Shown here piece after piece: positions 17,858-27,885 of a stretch of DNA of 32,000 bases. Both the position numbers and the translations under genes were made by a program. Origin of the DNA: Blochmannia endosymbiont of Camponotus nipponensis. GTDB lineage: Bacteria > Pseudomonadota > Gammaproteobacteria > Enterobacterales > Enterobacteriaceae. Position 1 is the stretch's first letter. Each line of letters opens with the position of its first letter. Below the pieces are notes generated by a model. It ran no database searches and was not told the DNA's origin. It saw only the letters and a program-made list of their open reading frames with translations. The DNA is taken from NCBI RefSeq assembly GCF_009827135.1, contig NZ_CP046534.1, positions 330,001 to 362,000 on the forward strand, in the 5' to 3' direction.

Positions 17858-18283
17858 TCAACGCTTAGAAAACTGAGGGCGTCTACGTGCTTTACGTAAA
17901 CCCACTTTTTTTCTTTCCACCTCTCTAGAGTCCCTAGTCACTAATCCAACTGAACGTAATACACCACGCAATTTCTCATCATACTGCAATAATGCCCGAG
18001 TCACCCCATGACATATCGCTCCAGCTTGCCCAGATACACCGCCACCTTTTACGGTAATATATACATCTAATTTATTGGATAAATTAGTAATTTTCAAAGG
18101 TCTCATAATAATTGATTGAACATTATTTTTAGGAAAATATTGATCTAATGTACGTTTATTTATAATAACTTTTCCATTATTCATCGTTCCTAATTTAAGA
18201 AACACTCGAGCAGAAGCACTCTTTCTTCGTCCAGTACCATAATAATATTGATTATTAAAAGTTATGGTTTTATTATTTTCCAT
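17858..18283 (-). CDS. rpsI: 30S ribosomal protein S9
   Basis: [72 protein letters not shown]. This is E. coli S9 with a short N-terminal extension. It starts 12 nt downstream of rplM. Confidence 0.96.
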   Translation of the reverse strand: MENNKTITFNNQYYYGTGRRKSASARVFLKLGTMNNGKVIINKRTLDQYFPKNNVQSIIMRPLKITNLSNKLDVYITVKGGGVSGQAGAICHGVTRALLQYDEKLRGVLRSVGLVTRDSREVERKKVGLRKARRRPQFSKR

Positions 18284-18295
18284 CCTATTTACTCA

Positions 18296-18724
18296 TTAAC
18301 AATCTATATACTGAGGTACTTGTGCAGCATGTGCATGAACACTACCTGAATACACTCTAAGTCTACCATACATCATGCGACCTAAAGGACCTTTAGGCAA
18401 CATGCCTCTTACTGCAATTTCAATTACCTTCTCAGGATGTCTACTTATCATCCTTTTAAAATTAGATTGCTTAATGCCTCCAATATATCCAGTATGATGA
18501 TAATAAATTTTGCAGTCACGTTTATGACCGCTCACAGATACTTCTGTTGCATTCAAAACAATAACATAATCTCCCATGTCAACATGAGGAGTGTATTCCA
18601 CTTTATGCTTACCAATTAAATATCTAGCAATTACAGTAGATAGACGACCAAGTATTTTATTTTTAGCATCAATAATATGCCATGTTCGCCTAATTACATT
18701 TGTTTTTACCATAAAAGTTCTCAT
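18296..18724 (-). CDS. rplM: 50S ribosomal protein L13
   Basis: The product is 142 aa, the same length as E. coli L13: LGRL......[62 protein letters not shown]...L.VY.G..H.HAAQ.PQ. Confidence 0.96.
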   Translation of the reverse strand: MRTFMVKTNVIRRTWHIIDAKNKILGRLSTVIARYLIGKHKVEYTPHVDMGDYVIVLNATEVSVSGHKRDCKIYYHHTGYIGGIKQSNFKRMISRHPEKVIEIAVRGMLPKGPLGRMMYGRLRVYSGSVHAHAAQVPQYIDC

Positions 18725-19346
18725 GGAAATAATACACTCAATTCAATATAAATATTCAAACTTATTACTAACCAAAAAGAAACGATTGAATATACCACAC
18801 AACGCCGTACATTCCATACATGTTACCACAGTTTACTTTTATAAAAAAAATAAAATTTCTCTAATTGTTTATACCCTACAATCAGTAGGCATTAATATTT
18901 AATTCATGAAATACCTCAATCCGTATATCATAACATAAATTAATTGATAAAATAATTAAAAAATATTATTAAAATTACATTTAACACTGAATACATCATT
19001 CTTATATCTTTACAATAAATAAAATAATAATTTATATTTTGAAATATGATTGTTACTATCGTTTAATTTTTTAAAAACACTGGGGTACTTATTTGAAAAT
19101 ACCACTAGATTTAATTATTTATCCATTTGCTTCATAGCATTATACATGAATACTTATTGATAAAGAAAATCAAGTAGAATAAAATCGTTTCGAACAACAT
19201 ATACATTAACCAAATAAATAGTTACATTATTCTTTATATACGGATAACGTTGCATTTATACAATAAATATCAATAAAAAATGATCACATATCATCCAATG
19301 AGCAACACAACAATACACCACATAAAACAAATTTAGGAGTATTCTC

Positions 19347-19745
19347 ATGGTATGGATATACATACTCGTAAGCTTAATGATTGGAATTGTTATAGGAGCA
19401 TCTATAATGTATTACAAAGCACGTTATTTATTACATGATCAAAAAACTTTATATAATGAATTACAAAATAACAAAATTAAACTAAATGAATATCAAAAAG
19501 AATTAAATAATCACTTTGTCCACACTATAGAATTACTGAATAAAATGGCAGAAGATTACCATCATCTATATCGTAATGTCAAAAAAAGCGCTAAATTTTT
19601 TTTACCAAATATACATACTCAAGATAATATGTACACATTTAATATAAAAAGAACAAAAACAAAAAATGAACAATTACCAATAGAAGCACCATTAGATTAC
19701 TCTAGCAATACTAAAAATATTCTAAAAAATCATGACGATAAATAA
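19347..19745 (+). CDS. zapG: Z-ring-associated inner-membrane protein ZapG (YhcB, DUF1043)
   Basis: The product is 132 aa, the same length as E. coli YhcB. It has an N-terminal TM helix (W.Y.L..L..GI.IGA..M), then L..EL..NK..L.EY..EL..HF....ELL..MA.DY..LY......., and a C-terminal P.DYS motif. AGGAG (19335-19339) lies 7 nt upstream of the ATG. Confidence 0.85.
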   Translation: MVWIYILVSLMIGIVIGASIMYYKARYLLHDQKTLYNELQNNKIKLNEYQKELNNHFVHTIELLNKMAEDYHHLYRNVKKSAKFFLPNIHTQDNMYTFNIKRTKTKNEQLPIEAPLDYSSNTKNILKNHDDK

Positions 19746-19953
19746 CATAAAAATTCCACTATTTTACATAAAGGACCTAATACATCACACACTATATACA
19801 TATAAGCAATATAATTCTTCTAGTATTATAATCCATGAAGAATGAAACATGAATTCTAGATATAAAATGTACATAATTTAGCATTAAATTTTTTAACAAC
19901 AATTAAAATAAAACATCATTTTTTAAAATGATAACTAATCAAATTAATTATTT

Positions 19954-21330
19954 ATGAAAACAACACATTTATTTAATATATTAAGTATATTCTTTATATT
20001 AGGAATGTCATGTTCTGAATCTTCCATAAATCATACCACATTCTCTACAGGAATATCATCGGAAGTATTACCAAGTTTAGCTCCCATGTTAGATACCGTA
20101 CTGCCAGCTGTTGTAAGTGTACATGTAGAAGGCATGCAACCTGCAAAAAGACTTACTTTACCTAAAGAATTTAAATATTTTTTTGGACCAGACATTCCTG
20201 GAGGCAACTTCGGAGCTAGACCATTCGAAGGACTAGGATCAGGAGTAATTATTAATGCTAACAAAGGATATATTATTACTAACAATCATGTTGTCAATGG
20301 CGCAGATAAAATTAAGATACAACTTAATGATGGTCGAGAATTTAATGCCAAATTAGTAGGACATGATGAACAAACTGATTTGGCATTACTTCAATTATTG
20401 AAGTTTAAAAATCTTTCTGAAATAAAAATGGCTGATTCTGATATTTTAAAAGTTGGTGATTTTGCTGTTGCAATTGGCAATCCATTTGGATTAGGTCAAA
20501 CAGCAACTTCTGGAATTATATCAGCATTAGGAAGAAGCGGTTTAAACCTTGAAGGATTAGAAAATTTTATACAAACTGATGCTTCCATAAATAGAGGAAA
20601 TTCTGGAGGCGCTCTGGTTAACTTGCATGGAGAATTAATTGGTATCAATACTGCCATTTTAGCACCCGGAGGAGGAAATATTGGTATTGGTTTTGCTATT
20701 CCTAGTAATATTGTAAAAAATTTAAGTCAACAATTAATCGAATTTGGAGAAGTAAAACGAGGACAATTAGGAATAAAAGGAACAGAATTAACTGCTGATA
20801 TAGCCAAAGCACTTAACATAGATGCACAACGTGGTGCATTCGTTAGCGAAGTTCTACCAGGTACTGCAGCCGCTAAAGCAAATATCAAAGCAGGAGATAT
20901 TATCGTATCTATAGAAGGGAAACCAATAAAAAATTTTGCAGAGTTAAGGGTTAAAATTGGTACTACTACTCCAGGTAAAATTATAACGCTAGGATTATTG
21001 CGAGACGGAAGAATACAGACAGTATCAGTCTTATTAGATGACAGCACCTCCGTTAGTACTAGTGAAGAAATGTTAACTCCAGCATTACAAGGAGCTTCCT
21101 TAAGTAATGGATATTTAAAAGATGGAACAAAAGGAGTACAAGTTGAAGAAGTAATAAAAGATTCTCCAGCTTATTCTATTGGACTACAAAAAGGCGACAT
21201 AATAGTCGGATTAAATCGCGCAAAAATCAATAATCTATCTCAATTACGGAAAATTTTAAACGAAAAACCACCAATCATTGCGCTTAACATCGTTCGTGGA
21301 GATACAAATATCTTTTTATTACTCCGATAA
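19954..21330 (+). CDS. degQ: Periplasmic serine endoprotease, HtrA family (DegQ-like; protease domain plus two PDZ domains)
   Basis: The 458-aa product is colinear with E. coli DegQ (455 aa): LPSLAPML..VLPAVVSV.VEG, PFEGLGSGVIINA.KGY..TNNHV, I.IQLNDGREF.AKL.G.D.Q.D.ALLQ, VGDFAVA.GNPFGLGQTATSGI.SALGRSGLNLEGLENFIQTDASINRGNSGGAL.NL.GELIGINTAILAPGGG..GIGFAIPSN. The catalytic His, Asp and Ser (GNSGG) are all present. A signal peptide is present. Confidence 0.9.
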   Translation: MKTTHLFNILSIFFILGMSCSESSINHTTFSTGISSEVLPSLAPMLDTVLPAVVSVHVEGMQPAKRLTLPKEFKYFFGPDIPGGNFGARPFEGLGSGVIINANKGYIITNNHVVNGADKIKIQLNDGREFNAKLVGHDEQTDLALLQLLKFKNLSEIKMADSDILKVGDFAVAIGNPFGLGQTATSGIISALGRSGLNLEGLENFIQTDASINRGNSGGALVNLHGELIGINTAILAPGGGNIGIGFAIPSNIVKNLSQQLIEFGEVKRGQLGIKGTELTADIAKALNIDAQRGAFVSEVLPGTAAAKANIKAGDIIVSIEGKPIKNFAELRVKIGTTTPGKIITLGLLRDGRIQTVSVLLDDSTSVSTSEEMLTPALQGASLSNGYLKDGTKGVQVEEVIKDSPAYSIGLQKGDIIVGLNRAKINNLSQLRKILNEKPPIIALNIVRGDTNIFLLLR

Positions 21331-21457
21331 GTCTAATATTATTTGAAAAGAAATGCAACTGCAAAAAAAATAATACATCCTGTATTGTTCAAATTTTTGA
21401 TAAAAATAAATACTTTTTGTATGTTAAAATATAAATCAAGAAAAATTAATAATCAAG

Positions 21458-22732
<1,275 letters not shown>

Positions 22733-22764
22733 TTAACATCAATCATATATTAATACTATAAGAA

Positions 22765-23031
22765 TTAACAACTACTTGATATACTACACAACCGACGCTT
22801 CTCGTTCCATTCTTCAGGGTTAAACGCTTGAATAGATATAGCATGAATTTCATTATTTAATATATATTTCATAAGAGGAGCGTATATAATTTTATGACGT
22901 TCTAATTCATTCATATCATAAAAAACATGACCTATAGCAACAATTTGATAATTATCCTCATAAAGAGTAACATACACTTCATCTAATGATAAATGCTGTA
23001 ATAAAATACTTTTCACTTCATCTACATTCAT
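22765..23031 (-). CDS. ibaG: BolA-family acid-stress/morphology protein IbaG (YrbA)
   Basis: ...E..S.L...LSL.EV.V......Q..A.G..F..M......Q..Y.PLM.YI..N.IHA.SI.A..P.EW matches E. coli IbaG (84 aa). It lies immediately upstream of murA as in E. coli. Start taken at ATG 23031 (MNVDEVKSIL); TTG 23040 is the ORF-track alternative. Confidence 0.85.
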   Translation of the reverse strand: MNVDEVKSILLQHLSLDEVYVTLYEDNYQIVAIGHVFYDMNELERHKIIYAPLMKYILNNEIHAISIQAFNPEEWNEKRRLCSISSSC

Positions 23032-23040
23032 AATTTTCAA

Positions 23041-25467
23041 ACCATTCTAGTAAAAATAACCACAATAATAACTCAAAAAAATTATATTTTCATATTTTTT
23101 ATATCTGATAATTATTATACTATAAATTTTTAAGTGAAAAATATCATACAATTTTTAGCTCATATAAACCAAACAATGATTATTTATACTATTAAAAACA
23201 ATATGCAGTCACTACCATTACTATTTGAAAAATTCAAATAAAAATGAATTATAACATAAAATATATGAGATACACAAAATACACTAATAAGAATCAATAT
23301 TCGATATTATTAAAATTTTCACATATATCCCTGCTTTTCATTATAATTAAATCAGTGTTGATACTATTTCTCATTCAAATATAAAAGCAAATCCAAATAC
23401 ACAATTTTATTGTTTATCTTTAACAATAAAATTGTGTATTATCTTTTTCAAGATAAATTATTAATTTTTCTATCTGTTCTATAACATTGCATCCTGAAAA
23501 CGTTTTTATCACCACATATTGCTAAATATATACAACACAAATATATGATCTTGCCATAATGATAATTATGATCATTGATAACATCAATACCATAAACTTT
23601 AATAAAATTTCCAAAAAAAATTACTCATATATTAATACTATATAATATCTTTAAATAAGAGATTAAAAATAAAATGACATGTTATATAATCAAAATCAAT
23701 TTTTTTACTAATGATAAAAAATCTACCCTCAATTATATAATCAAAAAATTAGAAAATTAAGATGTTAAATATCATCACAATTATGCATATCATCTTGATG
23801 ATAAAACTTAAAAAATAAAATACAATGATATTCTATATATATTTTATATAAAAAATCTTATATCTATTATTAAAAAATATAAAAAGATAAAAAATTTTTT
23901 TGTACACAATCATCATTATGAAATATTATTCTCATAATAACACATTAAAATAATATATGAAATTATTATTCAGCTCATGATAATATCATCAACTATAATT
24001 AATAAATTTTAAACAATATTTATTGTACTGATATACAGCATCCAACTACTGTCAGAATATACACTTATATTTAGTAATGCTAATCAGCAATAATACCATT
24101 ACTCACATAAATTTTAATTTCAAAATAGTTGTTATTAAATAAATAAAGAACATTTAAATCATCCAATTACTAACATAAATACAGTATGACATTTATAATT
24201 TCTATTTTTATAGTACTTATAATAACTATTTTTTAAAAATTAATTTTCTATTAACATGAACGACTATAAATAACAATACTTTTACAAAAGACACTGCTTT
24301 ATACTTAAATTTTGTAATGCAACTCCCACATTTCCAATTCTATAACAACCCACTTTTATTTATTACGCTATAATAAATATACCACCATATGAATAATTAA
24401 TGCTATTAAAGTTAGTAAATTCGTATAAAAATTAATATATCTAAATCCAAACAATTTAATTACATAAAAAATATATAATTTCTTTAATATTTTTATTTCA
24501 AAATCACAAAATACATATACTACCATAAATATCTATCTACTATATTAATAAATAAATAGATTAAAACTATACTATCCAATACAACATAAAAAATAATAAA
24601 AACAGATCTTATATAGAGATATATATTTTCATACTTTTACAATATAAAAACATTCTTTATTGTTCCATATTCCAAATCCAAAAATATAGTTCTTTTATAA
24701 AAAATTTTTCGATTTTTTTCTTTAAAAATAAATGCATTTGTTATACTGTTACAATATATTCTCAAATTTTTATTTGTATTGCATATTAGAAATACATAGT
24801 ATAAATTATACTGCATCAATAAATTTATAAGAAAATAAATTTAAATTATCCAATTAATTGGTATAATCACTACAACACACATAAGCCATTTAATAATTAC
24901 ATGATTTTTATATTATATTTGTATTGATTAATATAAAAATAATTCATATTACATACATAAATACACTCTTAATAAAAAATAAAGAGATTTTAAAATTTAC
25001 ACATGTCAAAATAATATATAATACATATTATTCATATAATTTTTAAAATTAAAAACAATGAAAAACCACAATAAGCCAACACAAACCACAATTGAAAAAC
25101 ACATAAAAATAAATAAATGTATAATATTTAAATAAAATATACCATGTTATAAATCATTAGTATAAATAAAACAATACAAATTATTGATTTATACAAGTGT
25201 ATATATTGAAAAACATTTTTTTGATCATTTTACACAAAAAACTGTTTGTTTATAACTTTCATTTCAATAACATTGAACCATACAAAATATTTATACATAT
25301 TATAAAGATAACATCTGTAAAAATTTAATTATATAAACTTACAATATCTAATATTTTAGATACCATATATCATAAAAATATTAACACTTTTATAATTATA
25401 AAAATAACTTTTAATTTATATCATTCTATCCCCTATAACATTTTAGGTATATAAATCGATAAACACA
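23041..25467. other. 2.4-kb non-coding desert at the position occupied by mlaBCDEF, yrbG, kdsD and kdsC in E. coli
   Basis: It lies between ibaG and lptC. Only one 60-codon low-complexity ORF is listed (24637..24819, judged spurious). The region is extremely AT-rich with no GC-rich islands. It contains one perfect 19-bp inverted repeat and a few short direct repeats. Confidence 0.55.
23396..23440. repeat. Perfect 19-bp inverted repeat with a 7-nt loop (stem-loop / palindromic site)
   Basis: AATACACAATTTTATTGTT (23396-23414), loop tatcttt, then AACAATAAAATTGTGTATT (23422-23440). I verified this base by base. On the + strand it is followed by ATCTTTTTCA. On the - strand it is followed by TGGATTTGCTTTTAT. 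Confidence 0.6.
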
Positions 25468-26058
25468 ATGCAAGATAAAAAAAAAATAAAAAAATATACT
25501 TTAATATTAATTTCATTAATATTAATAATAATTCTTTTATCTATTATTATAAATAAATCATTAATCATACCTAATGTATCATCGCACTCATTCACTAATC
25601 ACGGAATATGCACCCGTCAAGGTAACAATGTAGTAATCAACATATATAATAAAATAGGACAACTTAAGTTCAAATTAACAGCACATTGTATTCAATATTT
25701 TTCAGACCAACAAATTACTTGGTTCATATATCCTAATGTTACTGCTTTTGACGAAAAAAACATTCCAACATGGAAAATTACGGCAAATCAAGCTAAACTA
25801 AGTTATGAAAAAATATTACATTTATACGAATACGTTTATGTTACAAATTTAAAAAATAACGCATGCTTTCAATCCATTGAAACAAATCAAGCAACAATTA
25901 ACTTAATAACCCAAGATTTCATTTCAAATGAAAAAGTAATTATACATGGTCATTGTTTTTATTCTATCGGGATGAAAATGGATGCTAATTTACATACACA
26001 AACAGCAAAATTAATTGATAATACACAAATTTATTATGACATTCAACATGCATGGTAA
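25468..26058 (+). CDS. lptC: LPS export system protein LptC
   Basis: There is an N-terminal Lys-rich segment plus a TM anchor. Then ....Y.SDQ...WF..P..T.FD...IPTW...A..AKL......L.LY..V.V..L and A.INL.TQD..S...V...G......G.KM..NL....A.LI......Y.IQ match E. coli LptC (191 aa). It lies directly upstream of lptA-lptB. Confidence 0.85.
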   Translation: MQDKKKIKKYTLILISLILIIILLSIIINKSLIIPNVSSHSFTNHGICTRQGNNVVINIYNKIGQLKFKLTAHCIQYFSDQQITWFIYPNVTAFDEKNIPTWKITANQAKLSYEKILHLYEYVYVTNLKNNACFQSIETNQATINLITQDFISNEKVIIHGHCFYSIGMKMDANLHTQTAKLIDNTQIYYDIQHAW

Positions 26059-26545
26059 ATACAAAATAATATGTACTTATATTAATATATTTTTGATTTT
26101 TACACACTCTCACGCTTCAACACATAAAAATCCTCAAATAGTTCAAGTTTATTCTTCACGTCAGTCAATTAATATGTTAACTAATACAATAGTTTTTACA
26201 GGTCAAGTTACTCTTAAATATAAAAATATTGATCTTAATGCAGATAAAATATTAATTGCTCATACAAAAGATACACATAATCTATCTAAGATAGAAGCGC
26301 ATGGAAATCCTGTCACTCTAAAACAGCATCAAGAAATAGGAAATACAATACTTGCTCGATCATTAATAATGCATTATAATGCTGATAATGATACTATTAT
26401 TTTTATTGGTCATGCTTATATAGAACAATCAGGCAATTCCATACAAGGTGATAAAATCATATATTCAATAAAAAACAAAAAAATGAAAGCTATCTCCCAT
26501 CAAGGAAATAAAGTGATTACCACTTTATCAAAAAAATCAATCTAA
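26036..26545 (+). CDS. lptA: LPS export periplasmic protein LptA
   Basis: A signal-peptide-like N-terminus (MHGKYKIICTYINIFLIFTHSHA) is followed by I...S..QS..M..N...FTG.V.......I.ADK........., G.P.T....Q..G......A....Y......I...G.AY..Q..NSI.GDKI.Y.....KM.A.S..G..V.T.L, matching E. coli LptA. The start is ambiguous. The ORF-track TTG at 26015 is unlikely. ATG 26036 and ATG 26048 are both plausible, and either overlaps the 3' end of lptC. Confidence 0.85.
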   Translation: MTFNMHGKYKIICTYINIFLIFTHSHASTHKNPQIVQVYSSRQSINMLTNTIVFTGQVTLKYKNIDLNADKILIAHTKDTHNLSKIEAHGNPVTLKQHQEIGNTILARSLIMHYNADNDTIIFIGHAYIEQSGNSIQGDKIIYSIKNKKMKAISHQGNKVITTLSKKSI

Positions 26546-26590
26546 CAGAACACTGTATATATGCTATATCATTGATTATACTTTAATGAC

Positions 26591-27316
26591 ATGACAACAC
26601 TTACTATAAAAAATCTGTCTAAAATTTATAAAGGCAGATATGTAGTTAAAAATATAAATTTATATATAACTTCTGGAGAGATTGTTGGATTATTAGGTCC
26701 AAATGGATCAGGAAAAACAACAACATTTTATATGATATTAGGCATCGTTCAACATAATTCCGGTAGTATTTTACTTGATAAAAAAGATATTGGTGTACTA
26801 CCAATTTATCTTAGAGCCCGATTAGGAATTGGCTACTTACCTCAAGAAAGCTCGATTTTTAGACGATTAACTGTATTTGACAATTTAATGGCCATATTAC
26901 AAACCCAGAAAAATCTTAATGCAATAAAACGCAATAAACTCATTATAGAATTGATGAAAAACTTTCGCATCAGTCATCTAAAAAATAATATTGGCCAAAC
27001 ATTATCTGGAGGCGAACGGAAGCGCGTAGAAATTGCACGAGCATTAGCAGCTAATCCTAAATTTATACTACTTGATGAACCCTTTTCTGGAGTAGATCCC
27101 ATCTCAATAACAGACATACAAAAAACTATTAAACAACTTAAAGAACGCAATCTCGGAATATTAATAACTGATCACAATGTAAGAGAAACATTACGTATAT
27201 GCGAACGGGCATATATCGTTAATCAAGGAACATCAATTGCTCACGGATCTCCTGATGAGATATGGGATAACAAACACGTGCAAAAAGTATATCTAGGGAA
27301 TATATCTAAACTATAA
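26591..27316 (+). CDS. lptB: LPS export ABC transporter ATP-binding protein LptB
   Basis: The product is 241 aa, the same length as E. coli LptB: GEIVGLLGPNG.GKTTTFYM..GIV, LP...RAR.GIGYLPQE.SIFRRL.V.DNLMA.LQ, LSGGER.RVEIARALAANPKFILLDEPF.GVDPIS..DI...I..L.....G.LITDHNVRETL..CERAYIV.QG..IAHG.P.EI....V..VYLG. Confidence 0.96.
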   Translation: MTTLTIKNLSKIYKGRYVVKNINLYITSGEIVGLLGPNGSGKTTTFYMILGIVQHNSGSILLDKKDIGVLPIYLRARLGIGYLPQESSIFRRLTVFDNLMAILQTQKNLNAIKRNKLIIELMKNFRISHLKNNIGQTLSGGERKRVEIARALAANPKFILLDEPFSGVDPISITDIQKTIKQLKERNLGILITDHNVRETLRICERAYIVNQGTSIAHGSPDEIWDNKHVQKVYLGNISKL

Positions 27317-27885
27317 AAAAATTAGTAGAATACATATTATATATAATACATATTATTATCAAAAATAAAAATTTTTCAAGTTCAAAAACTAATAACTTCA
27401 AATTTAATTTAAATATATTATCAATATAAAAATTACCACTTAAATTAATCCACAAATAATAAAATCAATAATTTCAATCAAAAATAAATACAAAAACATC
27501 ATTAATATATTATCAACTATAAATTAACACATTTACACACATTACTCACTATATTTCTATACCATATAAATACTTTTATTAGCGTACAGTATCTTATTTA
27601 TAGTCATTATATTTTCACTTAAAACTGACCATTTTATTACTACCCCATACCTCTTTGAACAAAATTACATACTTTAAAAGTTCCATTTTTTTTAAATTTA
27701 ATTAAAAAACACTGTTAACATGAACATATTTATATGTATATTAATTATATATATTACATAAGGCTACACACAGTTCATGTATCTATACATTATCATACAT
27801 CTATATCTAACAAAATTTAAATTTTTAAAAATATTTAACGCCTTTTTCAATATAAAATAAACAATTTAATCAATACACAAACATT

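Noticed and set aside
23561-23579. The Fur-box-like sequence GATAATTATGATCATTGAT, which matches about 14 of 19 positions of GATAATGATAATCATTATC.
   Set aside because: The Fur consensus is itself AT-rich, so a 14 of 19 match is expected by chance in DNA of this composition. It is not next to any gene and is not a perfect palindrome.
24637-24819. A 60-codon - strand ORF, the only ORF in the 2.4-kb desert.
   Set aside because: The translation is low-complexity and rich in Asn, Ile, Lys, Tyr and Phe. It has no SD, sits at the minimum length cutoff, and is expected by chance in AT-rich sequence. ORFs 818..1003 and 15479..15757 in G-free spacers were rejected for the same reasons.
24850-24867. The palindrome CCAATTAATTGG overlapping the extended -10-like TGGTATAAT on the + strand, about 600 bp upstream of lptC.
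   Set aside because: TATAAT-like hexamers are very frequent here. There is no convincing -35, and it is too far from lptC to assign without transcript data.
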